Source: an uncultured delta proteobacterium (GTDB lineage Bacteria; Desulfobacterota; Desulfomonilia; UBA1062). Taken from it: a stretch of DNA of 64,000 nt. The translations under genes were made by a program, and so were the position numbers. Positions within the stretch are counted from its first letter, which is position 1, and the number at the start of each line of letters is the position of its first letter. Under the pieces are notes generated by a model, which was given only the letters and a program-made list of their open reading frames with translations, searched no databases and had not been told where the DNA came from. This document shows positions 8,385 through 19,429 of the stretch, piece after piece. The stretch lies in the NCBI GenBank assembly GCA_963798485.1, contig CAWCTR010000004.1:352001-416000 (forward strand), given 5' to 3'.

Positions 8385-10949
8385 ATGAAAAAGAAGATAT
8401 CCAGCATATACCTGAGATACTCCATATGGTTGACTGCATTAACCGTTATTGTACTGATAGTCCTTCTTGCCCTGACCGTTTATTATGTCCGCGAACGGGC
8501 CATAATAGAGCTTTTCAGCGACCAACAGGCCTTTATTGCAGACCAGACGGCATCCCACATAGAGGACTCTATTGCCAAGTGCGAGAAGGGTGTGAGCATG
8601 CTCTTGAAGCTGTTACCCTCTCAAGGGGCGGACGAGAAGAGGAAACAAGAGGAGATAAAGGACCTTTATGATGAACTCAAGGAGAACGTACTCACTATTT
8701 TGGAGATTGATGATAATGATGTTGCCGTCTACGGGTATCCGGAAAATATTTCATCAAGGATGTATGGGAACAAGATAGAAGACCTTGCCCTCTACCATGT
8801 TCTGAAGAAGATGAATCAAAGATTTATCGGGGAGATCAAAGGTCTCAATATCATGGACAACAAAAACCAGGTATCTCCAGGTAAAAAAATTGGAATCGGA
8901 CTGCCTGTTATTACCTCGGACGGCACCTATACCGGGGCGATATTGGCAGTAATCTCTCCTGAGTTACTCATCAAGCGATTCATATCCCTCGATCAAACCC
9001 GCACTATGAATACGTACTGGTTGGTTGATGAATCGGGCACCATAATCTATCATCCCGACCAGGTCAGTATTGGGAAAAACATTGCGGAACTGACGCCTGA
9101 GGGAAATACGCCTTTTAAGATGTTTTCCTACACTTCGAAACACTACAGCGAGATGATTCTTTACCAGAAAAACAAAGAGGAAAAGTGCATTATTGCCTAT
9201 GCCCCCATTAGCATAGGCATTGCCAAGTGGTGGATCGTTCTTGTTACCCCCTATGAAGATGTTTTAAAACCTATTCGCAGTGCATCATTAAACATCATCC
9301 TCGGTGCAATAGGACTTATTGCAGTTGTCATCATCACCGCCATATCCATCGCACGTTCCGATGTAAAACGATTGCGGCTCAAAGAAGAGCTTAAAAGGCT
9401 CAAGGAGCGGGAGGTATGGCAGGGGAAGCTTTTACGGGAGAAGATGACCATTGAGGGGATCGTTGAAGGATCTCCGGTCCCCATGTTTGTGCTGGATCAA
9501 AATCATACGGTTATCTTGTGGAATCGCGCATGCACTGATCTTACGGGGTACAGTGCAGCCGAGATGATCAATACGGATAATTACTACAAGCCATTCTATG
9601 ATGACAAACGGCCATTCCTCGCCGATTTCATCATCGATCATAATGTGGAAGACTTTGAAGCATTTTACGGAGAAGGCAAGGTCTTGAAATCCGAATCCAT
9701 TAAAGGGGCATATGAGGCGGTAAAATTTTTTAAAAACCTAAGCGGTAAAGAACGACACCTGCATTTCCTTGCTGCGCCGATCTTCGATGAAAAAGGCGAA
9801 ATTGTTGCCGCCATAGAAACCTTTCTCGATGTATCAAAAGAAGTGGAGCTCACGAGGAACCTCCAGGAATATGCTGAAACCCTTCAAAACGAGCTGGATG
9901 AGAACATCAGGCTTACAAAAGAGGTGGAAGAACTCTATAGTTATCTCCAGAGCATCTTAAACAGTCTGCCTGATAAGATTTATGAACTGAACAAGGACGG
10001 CATTATCAATTATGTCAGCAGGCAGATACGCAGAGGCACGTACGATCCCAAGGGAAAACACTTCACGGAATATGTGGCCCCGGAGCACAGGGCTTATGCC
10101 ATCTCCAAATGGGAGGATGTAAATAAGGGCATTTTCAAGCCTTATGAGCTCGAGATGGTAACCAATAAAGGTGCAAAGAGGCACCTCCTGATGACGCCAA
10201 GCCCTGTAAAGGGTACAGACAGATTCGTCTTGGTGGAGCGTGATATTACCGAACTGAAAGACCTTGAGAAAAAATATTATGAGAGCCAGAAACTTGCAGC
10301 CATAGGCCAATTATCAGCCGGGATCGCCCATGAAGTGAGAAACCCCCTTTCCTCGATAAAAATGAGCCTGCAGATTTTGGAAAAACGCATGCAGCCCGAG
10401 GGCAATGACCTTAAGCGATTCAAGATTGCCCAAAGAGAGGTCGAGCATCTTGAGAAGCTTGTGAGTGATGTACTCATTTATGCAAAACCCACAGCCCCCC
10501 ATAAAGACCTTTGCGATTTAAGGTCAATCATTGAGAGTGCCCTTGCCATGGTTGAAAAATCACTTAAAGACAAGGATATTGATCTGCAGAAAATATATAC
10601 AGACGGCAATGATGCTATCCCTGTGGATTCACAAATGATCAAACAAGCGCTTATCAATATTTTCCAGAATGCTATCGATGCAATGGAGCCGCAGGGAAGA
10701 CTCTCTATCTCTTTGCGCAAAGAAAATGAATCTCTCCTCCTAGAGGTTGAAGATAATGGTTGCGGGATAGATGAGGAAGACATCCCCTACCTGTTCAATC
10801 CTTTCTTTACCAAGAAGAATTATGGAACCGGCCTCGGACTTACCCAGGTGAAGAAGATCATTGAACAGCACAATGGTGAAATAGAGATAATAAGCAAAAA
10901 AGGTTCAGGCACACGATTTATTATTACCCTTCCGAAGGGTAATACTTAG
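8385..10949 (+). CDS. Sensor histidine kinase (TM-Cache-TM, PAS x2, HisKA, HATPase)
   Basis: AGIAHEVRNPL H-box, NAIDAM N-box, DNGCG, FFTKK, GTGLGL. Confidence 0.95.
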   Translation: MKKKISSIYLRYSIWLTALTVIVLIVLLALTVYYVRERAIIELFSDQQAFIADQTASHIEDSIAKCEKGVSMLLKLLPSQGADEKRKQEEIKDLYDELKENVLTILEIDDNDVAVYGYPENISSRMYGNKIEDLALYHVLKKMNQRFIGEIKGLNIMDNKNQVSPGKKIGIGLPVITSDGTYTGAILAVISPELLIKRFISLDQTRTMNTYWLVDESGTIIYHPDQVSIGKNIAELTPEGNTPFKMFSYTSKHYSEMILYQKNKEEKCIIAYAPISIGIAKWWIVLVTPYEDVLKPIRSASLNIILGAIGLIAVVIITAISIARSDVKRLRLKEELKRLKEREVWQGKLLREKMTIEGIVEGSPVPMFVLDQNHTVILWNRACTDLTGYSAAEMINTDNYYKPFYDDKRPFLADFIIDHNVEDFEAFYGEGKVLKSESIKGAYEAVKFFKNLSGKERHLHFLAAPIFDEKGEIVAAIETFLDVSKEVELTRNLQEYAETLQNELDENIRLTKEVEELYSYLQSILNSLPDKIYELNKDGIINYVSRQIRRGTYDPKGKHFTEYVAPEHRAYAISKWEDVNKGIFKPYELEMVTNKGAKRHLLMTPSPVKGTDRFVLVERDITELKDLEKKYYESQKLAAIGQLSAGIAHEVRNPLSSIKMSLQILEKRMQPEGNDLKRFKIAQREVEHLEKLVSDVLIYAKPTAPHKDLCDLRSIIESALAMVEKSLKDKDIDLQKIYTDGNDAIPVDSQMIKQALINIFQNAIDAMEPQGRLSISLRKENESLLLEVEDNGCGIDEEDIPYLFNPFFTKKNYGTGLGLTQVKKIIEQHNGEIEIISKKGSGTRFIITLPKGNT

Positions 10950-11016
10950 AAGATGAACGCACAGACACAAGAGAATATGATCAAATCAAGCAACAAGGAA
11001 AAAAAGGGCCCGTAGC

Positions 11017-12396
11017 ATGCCGAAGATACTTGTCATTGATGATGATAGCTCTATTCGCGAGACACTGGATCTCTATCTGACGGAAGAAGGGTACGATGTC
11101 TATACTGCGCCCACAGGAACGGACGGACTCAACACGTTCACACAACAATCACCTGATGTAGTCATCCTGGATATCAGGCTTCCCGATGTAAACGGCTTTA
11201 TGATCCTTGAAGACCTCAGAGAAGAGGATGAGAACGTAAAGGTCATCATGATCACTGCCCATCATGACATGGAATCCACCATTAAGGCCATGAAAGAGGG
11301 TGCCTTTGACTACATACACAAACCCGTGGATGTCGATGAACTCGATATCGCCATTAAAAAGGCCATCCATGCATTGGAGATGGAGAAAAAGATAAAGGGT
11401 CTTCTTGTTGAGTCCTCACGGGATTACAAGGTCGGCGACATCATTGGCGAAGGCCCCCGGATGAGGGAGATATTCAAGACCATAGGTGTCGTATCTCAAA
11501 GCAGGACCCCGGTGCTTATTCAAGGCGAAAGCGGAACAGGCAAAGAACTCATTGCCAAGGTGATTCATACAAACACCGCGGCAGATGAGCCGTATATTGC
11601 AATAAACTGCTCTGCAATTGTTGAGACCCTGCTTGAATCGGAGCTGTTCGGCCATGAGAAGGGGTCGTTTACCGGGGCCATCACGCGGAAACCCGGCAAA
11701 TTCGAACTGGCCCGCTATGGCACGGTATTCCTCGATGAAATAAGCGAGATGTCCTTGAATCTTCAGGCAAAGCTCCTTCGGGTCCTTCAGGAAAGGGAAT
11801 TCGAGCGTGTAGGCGGCAAAGACCGAATCAAGGTAAATGCCCGGGTCATTGCAGCCACCAACAAAGACCTCAAGGCAATGGCAAAAGAAGGGCTGTTCAG
11901 GGATGATCTGTACTACCGGCTGAACATCGTAACCATATTTATTCCGCCGCTCAGGGAAAGAAGGGAAGACCTCCAGCCGCTCATCAATTATTTATTATCC
12001 AAGATCAACTTCGATCTCCATAAGCATATCGCCGGGGTTTCCGATGATGTGCTCGAGATCTTCAAACACTACAGCTGGCCCGGTAACATCCGGGAGCTTG
12101 AAAACCTCCTCGTTCGTGCAGCAGTGGTTGCCAAGGGGCAGGTCTTGATAAAGAGCGACTTTCCCGACTTGAACGAGACTTCCGGGTTCCAAAAAACAAG
12201 GGAACCCGAGGTTGATTGCAGCCATGACGCCTCGGGCAGAATCCTCACCCTTGATGAAGTTGAAGAGATGCATATAAGGAAAGTGATCAAAGAAACAAAA
12301 AAGAACAAGGGTGAGGTCTGTGATATCCTGGGGATCTCCAGGCCGACATTCGAGAGAAAGCTTGAGAAATACAATATCCAGTTCGAGCGGGACTAG
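11017..12396 (+). CDS. Sigma54-dependent response regulator (NtrC/AtoC family)
   Basis: Receiver domain, GESGTGKE, ESELFGHEKGSFTGA, FLDEI, WPGNIREL, C-terminal HTH. Confidence 0.96.
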   Translation: MPKILVIDDDSSIRETLDLYLTEEGYDVYTAPTGTDGLNTFTQQSPDVVILDIRLPDVNGFMILEDLREEDENVKVIMITAHHDMESTIKAMKEGAFDYIHKPVDVDELDIAIKKAIHALEMEKKIKGLLVESSRDYKVGDIIGEGPRMREIFKTIGVVSQSRTPVLIQGESGTGKELIAKVIHTNTAADEPYIAINCSAIVETLLESELFGHEKGSFTGAITRKPGKFELARYGTVFLDEISEMSLNLQAKLLRVLQEREFERVGGKDRIKVNARVIAATNKDLKAMAKEGLFRDDLYYRLNIVTIFIPPLRERREDLQPLINYLLSKINFDLHKHIAGVSDDVLEIFKHYSWPGNIRELENLLVRAAVVAKGQVLIKSDFPDLNETSGFQKTREPEVDCSHDASGRILTLDEVEEMHIRKVIKETKKNKGEVCDILGISRPTFERKLEKYNIQFERD

Positions 12397-12623
12397 ATCC
12401 TTACGATAATCTGCATTAGTTACAATTTGATCATACAAATAGAGAATCAAGACCCCAATAAGAACTGACAGAAGTCCCTTTTGAATATTGAGAGCCATAT
12501 GATTGGGCTATAAGCTCAAACCGCAGAAATTTCCATCAAAAGGCAATCGAAGAGCGCGCTGCTTTTACTCCACCTTAGCAGGACAGATAGCGACGATAAC
12601 GCATCTGTGATATCCTTCCAGTC

Positions 12624-13894
12624 GTGGACATGTGTTACAGATGGTTTCATGCAGCGCTTCCCCTTGCCATAGGGGCACTTCTTTTTCTTGCGAACCCTGC
12701 CTACGCAGCGCTCAGACCCGATCAACTCATCCTTGTGGTGAACAAAGCGGCGCCGGAGGGTCTGCGAATAGCCCGGTACTACATGGAGAAGCGATGCGTG
12801 CCCCGGCAGAACATGATAGTGATCGAGACCTCCAGAGAAGAAGAGATCGGCAGGGAGGAGTATGATAAGGAGATAGCCGCGCCGGTCCGCAGCTTCCTTT
12901 TGAGAAATGATCCTGAGGGGAACAGGTTTTCGTGCCTTTTGCTGCTCTACGGTATCCCTCTGCGCGTCGGCCCGCCTCGTCCGGGCCTTTCTGGATGAGA
13001 TACGCATCCACGAGCTGCGCATGCATCTTTCAAGCCTCAAGGAGAAGGTGAAAGCGGCAGCGGGCAAACCCCCGCAGGAGACAAAAGGTCTTAGGGACGA
13101 TATCTCCCGGACAGAAAAGGAGATCTTGCGTGTGAGTAAGGCATGGCAGGGCGCCTCCGTCGACTCGGAGATCGCCCTTGTGAGGGAAATCAAGTATCCC
13201 CTGGAAGGATGGCTTCCGAACAAATATTATGTCGGTTTCCGGGGGAAAAACGTGCCCGGTATGCCCCAGAAAGTCCTGCCTGTGTGCCGCCTAGACGGGC
13301 CTACGGAAGCTACTGTATATCGCATCATCGACGACAGCCTTTATGCGGAAGATCACGGCCTGGCAGGCAAGGCATACTTCGATGCGCGGTGGCCGGATAA
13401 AGGCGGTAAGGACCTGTCGCCTTACCAGATCTACGACCGGGCGATCCACGATACGGCCCGCATCGTGGAAAAAAGCGGAAGGATGCCGGTCGTTCTCGAT
13501 GAGCGCGAGGCCCTTTTCGGACAGGGTGAAGCGCCGGACGCGGCATTGTACTGCGGCTGGTACAGCCTGGGGAAATACATCGATGCCTTCACCTGGGTCA
13601 GGGGGGCTGTGGGATTCCACGTGGCAAGCGCTGAGTGCACCACTCTCAAGGCAGCCACGAGCACCGTCTGGTGCAAGAAAATGTTGGAGAAAGGGGTAGC
13701 GGCAACGCTCGGTCCGGTGGCTGAACCCTATCTCCAGTCCTTTCCGGCGCCTGAGGTCTTCTTCGGCTGCCTCCTCGACGGAGGCACCCTCGTCGAATGC
13801 TACACCGTCTCAGAACCCCTTCTGGTCATGGCAGATGGTCCTGATCGGCGACCCCTTGTACCGCCCCTTTAAGCCCTTACTTGAAAGGAGGTAG
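12624..13894 (+). pseudogene. TIGR03790-family exported protein with two apparent frameshifts (~12990, ~13812); possibly assembly errors
   Basis: Frame 1 signal peptide + ALRPDQLILVVN..LLYGIPL; frame 2 ASVDSEIAL, CRLDGP, YCGWYS, GPVAEPYLQSFP; frame 3 WSWQMVLIGDPLYRPF. Confidence 0.8.
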
Positions 13895-14017
13895 CCTGAG
13901 ATCCATCCGATTTTTAAAACTCGTGTATACCCGATTACTCATTTGTGATGATTATCATGATATATTCAGTAGGCATAAAGCGGAGGTCATCACACCGAAA
14001 TCAATGTTTATCGAACC

Positions 14018-14128
14018 AATTGCAAAACTACCAGAATGTCATTCCCGCGAAGGCGGGAATCCAGTCTTTTCCGGGACTTCTGGACCCCCGCCTTCGCGGG
14101 GGTGACACCTTTTATTAGTTTTGCAATT
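14018..14128. repeat. MITE-like unit: 13-bp terminal inverted repeats enclosing an inverted pair of REP-like palindromes
   Basis: AATTGCAAAACTA ... TAGTTTTGCAATT; inside TGTCATTCCCGCGAAGGCGGGAATCCAG and CTGGACCCCCGCCTTCGCGGGGGTGACA. Confidence 0.75.
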
Positions 14129-14364
14129 AGCTCTTATCGATATAATTTTTTAATGCATATCGTGCCAACATATGCACTTTATGTGAATGGGTATTTTGAT
14201 TAGATATCTTCTGAAGATGTAATTAATGAAAATGAAAAAAGACAGGGTGGTGGGCCTTTCGTTATAACATTTCATCAATGGTATTGACACGCCTACATAG
14301 TCTTCTTAATAGTTACATGACAACAGTGTATTATCTGCCCCATGTTTTTGCCAAAGGAGACAGT

Positions 14365-17115
14365 ATGGACCCCCAAATTTTATTTACACAGGCACAACAG
14401 CCACGCCAGCCGTATAAGGGGGGTCGGGGCCTCCTGATATTTATCATCATATTGGGCCTGATAATCCTTTCCTGGCAGTCCGTGGGGTTGATTACGGACT
14501 GGTTCTGGTTCCAGGAAGTGGGTTATGAACAAGTTTTTACTATAACGCTTATGGCCCAGCTTCTCATGGCGCTCCTTTTTGGTGGAACTTTTTTCCTGAT
14601 ATTCTATACCAATCTGAATCTGGCCAGCCGCTTGCCCGAACGTATGCAAATCATCTACCGCCAAGGCGCCATTACTTCGCCACCTTTCGAAATTGATACA
14701 CGCTTGCTTAAGAGGATCATCCTGATCGCCTCATTGATCTTGAGCCTTTTTGCTGCCCAACTGGCCAGTGCGGGGTGGGAGCAACCCTTACGGTTTATCA
14801 AGGCCACTCCTTTCGGGATCAAAGACCCCCTGTTCGATCGCGATATCGGTTTTTATGTCTTTCAACTGCCATTCCTGCATCAGGTCTATGGCTACTTGAT
14901 GGCGGTTCTGATGATTACGACCCTGGCAACAGGCCTTATCTACCTCTTGCGCCGTGCACTTCTGTTTATCCCGCCCAAAACCTTGCAACTTGCTGCGGCC
15001 GCTCGCACGCACCTGTTGGTCTTGCTCGCGGCGCTCTTCCTGGCGGCCGCGTTTGGCTTCTGGCTGGATCTGGCGGATATCCTCTATGTAAAACGTGGCG
15101 TGGTTTTCGGCCCCGGCTATACGGATGTGACAACGCAGTTGGGTGTTCTGCGGCTGCTCATAGTTCTATGCCCACTGGTGGCGGCTTCGCTGCTATTTTA
15201 TATCTTCAATCGTTCCTGGCGTATTCCGGCGGTGTTGATCGTGTTTTTCCTGGCAGTACTGATAGTAGGTCGTGGGGCTTATCCCGCCTTTGTCCAGAGC
15301 TTCAAGGTGGTTCCCAACGAGATGGTATTGGAAAAGCCCTATCTAGAACGAAACATCAAATACACCCGCCTGGCATATCGTCTTTACAATATTGAAGACC
15401 GAATGTTCCCGGCTGATGAAAATCTGACCAAGGAAGATCTGAAGCGCAACGCTCCGACGGTGAAGAATATCCGGCTCTGGAATCATGCCCCGTTGCTCCA
15501 GACGTTCGCCCAGATTCAAGAGATCCGAACCTATTACAAATTCATCGATGTGGATAACGACCGCTATACTATAGGAGGCGACTACCGACAGGTGATGCTC
15601 TCTCCTCGCGAGATCTTGTACGCCGCACTGCCGTCTCGCACATGGGTGAATGAACACCTCACCTATACGCACGGGTACGGTGCCGTCATGGGACCAGTGA
15701 ACCGCGTCACGAGCGAAGGCCTGCCGGAATTTTTTATCAAAGATATCCCACCGGTGGCCTCCACGAATATCAAGATCACTCGCCCTGAAATCTATTTCGG
15801 CGAACAATCCAATGAGTACGTCTTTGTGAAGGCCAAGCGTCCGGAGTTCGATTACCCTATCGGCGATAAGAATGTCTATTCACGCTATGCGGGCAAGGGT
15901 GGTGTTCCCCTGTCCTTCTTGCGCAAGATACTTTATGCCGTGCGTTTCGGCGCTTTCACCATCATGCTTTCGAATGATATTACGTCCGAGAGCCGTGTCA
16001 TGTACTACCGCAATATCAAGGAGCGGGTCGGTCGTGTCGCGCCCTTTGTGCATTTCGACTCCGATGCCTATCTGGTTATCTCTGAGCAGGGGCGGCTTCT
16101 GTGGATTGTTGACGGTTATACGATTACCGATCGCTTCCCCTACTCGGAGCCAACCCCGCAGATCGGTAATTATATCCGTAATTCCGTCAAAGCTGTGGTA
16201 GATGCTTATGACGGATCGGTGACCCTCTATGCCAGTGACAACGAGGATCCTATTCTGAAAACCTATACCAAGATCTTTCCGGGTATTTTCAAGCCGCTGA
16301 CCGACATGCCCGTGGAGCTTAAGCGTCATGTGCGCTATCCACCGGGCATGCTTGCCATTCAGGCCCGCATGTACCTCACTTATCACATGCAGGACCCTCA
16401 GGTTTTCTACAACAAGGAAGATCTCTGGGCCATACCAACCAAGGCCGTGCCGGGCGGTGAACAGCAGATGGAGCCCTATTACACGATCATGAAACTTCCT
16501 GAGGAACACGCTGAAGAATTTATCCTGATGCTGCCCTTTACTCCGCGTAACAAGGACAACATGTCGGCTTGGATGGCCGCGCGCTGTGATGCACCCAATT
16601 ATGGCAAGGTCATTGTCTATAACTTCCCCAAGCAGAAACTGGTGTATGGTCCGAGCCAGATCGAGGCCCGTATCGATCAGGAAACAGAGATCTCCAAACA
16701 ACTCACACTCTGGAATCAGGGCGGCTCACAAGTGATCCGCGGCAGCCTTCTGGCGATTCCTATTGAAAAATCAATCTTGTATGTAGAGTCGCTCTACCTG
16801 GCGGCGGAAAAAGGACAGTTGCCGGAACTCAAACGAGTGATCGTGGCCTATGGCAACGCCATTGCCATGGAGCAAAATCTAGATCTTGCCCTGCAGAAAC
16901 TCTTCGGTGGTGAAGCCGAGCAAGAGCAGGAAACCGAGGCAACACCAACAATCACCACAACAGGTCAGGTACAGACCGACCGCCAGATGGCCATTGAGGC
17001 TCTATCCCATTACCGCAAGTCTCAGGAATTTCTGCGCCAGGGAAACTGGGCCGGTTATGGGGAAGAACTCAAGAAGATGGAGGATATGTTACGCGCTATT
17101 GAAAACAAAAAGTAG
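14365..17115 (+). CDS. UPF0182 family membrane protein
   Basis: DWFWFQEVGY, DPLFDRDIGFYVFQLP, HLTYTHGYG, PEIYFGE, NYIRNSVK, FYNKEDLW; SD AAAGGAGA. Confidence 0.93.
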   Translation: MDPQILFTQAQQPRQPYKGGRGLLIFIIILGLIILSWQSVGLITDWFWFQEVGYEQVFTITLMAQLLMALLFGGTFFLIFYTNLNLASRLPERMQIIYRQGAITSPPFEIDTRLLKRIILIASLILSLFAAQLASAGWEQPLRFIKATPFGIKDPLFDRDIGFYVFQLPFLHQVYGYLMAVLMITTLATGLIYLLRRALLFIPPKTLQLAAAARTHLLVLLAALFLAAAFGFWLDLADILYVKRGVVFGPGYTDVTTQLGVLRLLIVLCPLVAASLLFYIFNRSWRIPAVLIVFFLAVLIVGRGAYPAFVQSFKVVPNEMVLEKPYLERNIKYTRLAYRLYNIEDRMFPADENLTKEDLKRNAPTVKNIRLWNHAPLLQTFAQIQEIRTYYKFIDVDNDRYTIGGDYRQVMLSPREILYAALPSRTWVNEHLTYTHGYGAVMGPVNRVTSEGLPEFFIKDIPPVASTNIKITRPEIYFGEQSNEYVFVKAKRPEFDYPIGDKNVYSRYAGKGGVPLSFLRKILYAVRFGAFTIMLSNDITSESRVMYYRNIKERVGRVAPFVHFDSDAYLVISEQGRLLWIVDGYTITDRFPYSEPTPQIGNYIRNSVKAVVDAYDGSVTLYASDNEDPILKTYTKIFPGIFKPLTDMPVELKRHVRYPPGMLAIQARMYLTYHMQDPQVFYNKEDLWAIPTKAVPGGEQQMEPYYTIMKLPEEHAEEFILMLPFTPRNKDNMSAWMAARCDAPNYGKVIVYNFPKQKLVYGPSQIEARIDQETEISKQLTLWNQGGSQVIRGSLLAIPIEKSILYVESLYLAAEKGQLPELKRVIVAYGNAIAMEQNLDLALQKLFGGEAEQEQETEATPTITTTGQVQTDRQMAIEALSHYRKSQEFLRQGNWAGYGEELKKMEDMLRAIENKK

Positions 17116-17230
17116 GGTGGCTTATTTTGCCAAAGTCACTTTGTTTAAGTACCTGAGGAGGATAGAGCTCAGAAGGTGCAGCGTAAACGAATTAGCGCAG
17201 GAATTTACACTTATTCTTTATAAAAAGATC

Positions 17231-19429
17231 TTAATGATTTTTTATCAATTCATTTATAAAAACGGTGTTTCTAATGCTAGCAAGATCAGGATCTTTCTTG
17301 ATCTGATCCCAATTATTAAACCCCTTATCAATAGCCTGTTTAAGCCAACTAATTGATTCATTAACTTTCTTCTGTTTAGCATAGATACAAGCGATCTTAT
17401 AATAGACTTCTGGATTTCCAGGCTGGAACTGCCTTATGCCCTGTAACATATCAAGTGCCTTTGCATACTCCTGACGGGTAGAATAAATGAGTGCTAACCC
17501 ATAGAGGGCCTTTGTGTAATCTGGTTTAATGGATAGCGCCTTTTGATATAGGAATGTTGCCTCATCGAGTTCCCCCAGCTGGCGGTGAAGATCAGCTAAT
17601 TGCTCATATAGGGCCTGATTCCTGGGTTGGGCCTCCAATTCCTGTTTGAGCATGGAAATTGATCCTTCAATCTTAGACTGGGCGATTTGTACATTGTCAA
17701 GGCTCCTATGTGCCTCAACATAATCAGGGTTTATCAGAATAGCTGCCTTGAAACAATCAGCGGCCTTTTTAAGATCTGCCTTATGAATGTAGGTATTTCC
17801 GAGATTGTTATAAACCACTGGCTGATATGGATCCAGTCGCAATGACTCAGCATATTGTTTGATTGCCTCATCTGTTTGGCCCGTCAACACAAGAAGAGCC
17901 CCTAATTCGTTATGGCTGGTTGGTAAGTAAGGATTAATTTGCAACCCTTCTAAATAGTACTCAATGGCCATGAGTGGTTCTCTCCTTTTTGTATATGCAC
18001 GACCAAGATCGAAATACACGTGAGAGAAATTCGGATTTAACAGCTGAGCCTTCTGAAACTCCCTGATCGCCCCCTCTACATCACCCCTATTATAATAAAG
18101 AACAATTCCAAGTTGGTCGTGCGCCACATAGTTGTTCTCGGTCACTTCTGTTGCATGCCTAAAAAGATTTTCCTCGTTCTTCCAAAAACCTACCTGGTTC
18201 CATGTAAGCACCATCAAAATGAGAATGACTCCAGAACCTGCAGTAATGATGATAGAGCGGTAGTATTTCCATCTTATAAGCAGGTCAGGGATTCCCCAAG
18301 ATAGAGCTATAAATATACCTATGTACGTGAGGTATGCATATCGATCCGCCATCTCAGGCCATGAGCCTCCCTGAACAAAGCCAAGGACTGGAACAAGGCC
18401 CACCAGGAACCAGAGCCAACCCACGAGACAATACGGACACTTGAATATGGCCCTCATAGCGAGTATACTTATCAGCATAAGCACAAGGCCTGCGCCTATT
18501 ACATGCCACCAGGGGATCATGGTCGGGTATGGATAGAAAATGGCCATGTCATGCGGCCAGAACAATTTCCCCAAGTATTTCAAAGTGGAGACAATCGCAT
18601 TTGAAATTCGAAGACTTATAGGTACAATTTCTGGGCTATAGAGGGGCATTAGCTTGGTGGCTTTAAGGGGAATGCTTGCGAAGGCCACGAATGATAGAAT
18701 CAGGAATGGAACCTTCTCCAAGAGAAGTCGGGTGAAGGATACATCCAGGGTCTTAAGCCCCAAAGCCTTTCCATTATCTCCTTTCCTCTCTACGTGAATC
18801 CTCTTGAGCGGCCAGAGATCTAATAGGATCAACATGAATGGGAGGGTCATAAGAATGGGCTTGGCAAGCAAACCAAGCTCGAATAAGAGTAAGGCAAGGA
18901 TATATCTCTTCCAAGTTGTGTGCTCCGTGTAGAACTTGTATGCCAATAGTGTCAGCATAAAGAAAAGACCGCTCAATACATTGTTCAACTCGGCAACCCA
19001 TGCAACCGACTCCACGTTCATGGGATGGAGTGCGAACAAAGCCCCGACAAATGCGCTCTTCCAGAACTCACCTGTCATTCTCTTCAATACGGAAAAGAGC
19101 AGTAAACTGTTTGCGATATGAAGGATGAGGCTCATTACATGGAAAAAACCTGGATTTAATCCGAACATGGCATGGCCTGCTGTGTAAACAATCCCTGTAA
19201 GCGGCCAGCAAATCGAATCAAGCCCAAAAGACCAAAGGATATTTTTCCACGTGAGCCCTGAAAGAACATGGCTATTATAAATAAGTTGCCGTTGGTCATC
19301 AAAGGAAATAAAGTCATGACCTATGATATGGTAATAGACAATAATGGCGGATAAAATAAGGAAGAGATAATAAATGAAATCTCTATATAAAATATTAAAC
19401 TTATGAATTACTGTTCCCACCTTAATCAT
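17231..19429 (-). CDS. TMTC-like GT-C membrane glycosyltransferase with C-terminal TPR repeats
   Basis: FISFDD, LFALHPMNVESVAW, LLAKP, MADRYAY motifs, many TM helices, TPR repeats; visibly AT-rich. Confidence 0.85.
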   Translation of the reverse strand: MIKVGTVIHKFNILYRDFIYYLFLILSAIIVYYHIIGHDFISFDDQRQLIYNSHVLSGLTWKNILWSFGLDSICWPLTGIVYTAGHAMFGLNPGFFHVMSLILHIANSLLLFSVLKRMTGEFWKSAFVGALFALHPMNVESVAWVAELNNVLSGLFFMLTLLAYKFYTEHTTWKRYILALLLFELGLLAKPILMTLPFMLILLDLWPLKRIHVERKGDNGKALGLKTLDVSFTRLLLEKVPFLILSFVAFASIPLKATKLMPLYSPEIVPISLRISNAIVSTLKYLGKLFWPHDMAIFYPYPTMIPWWHVIGAGLVLMLISILAMRAIFKCPYCLVGWLWFLVGLVPVLGFVQGGSWPEMADRYAYLTYIGIFIALSWGIPDLLIRWKYYRSIIITAGSGVILILMVLTWNQVGFWKNEENLFRHATEVTENNYVAHDQLGIVLYYNRGDVEGAIREFQKAQLLNPNFSHVYFDLGRAYTKRREPLMAIEYYLEGLQINPYLPTSHNELGALLVLTGQTDEAIKQYAESLRLDPYQPVVYNNLGNTYIHKADLKKAADCFKAAILINPDYVEAHRSLDNVQIAQSKIEGSISMLKQELEAQPRNQALYEQLADLHRQLGELDEATFLYQKALSIKPDYTKALYGLALIYSTRQEYAKALDMLQGIRQFQPGNPEVYYKIACIYAKQKKVNESISWLKQAIDKGFNNWDQIKKDPDLASIRNTVFINELIKNH

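Noticed and set aside
13881-14105. 74-aa ORF ending CHSREGGNPVFSGTSGPPPSRG
   Set aside because: Translation runs through the REP-like repeat; a typical spurious ORF.
14151-14170. TGGCACGATATGCA as a sigma54 promoter
   Set aside because: GG-to-GC spacing is 8, not the required 10.
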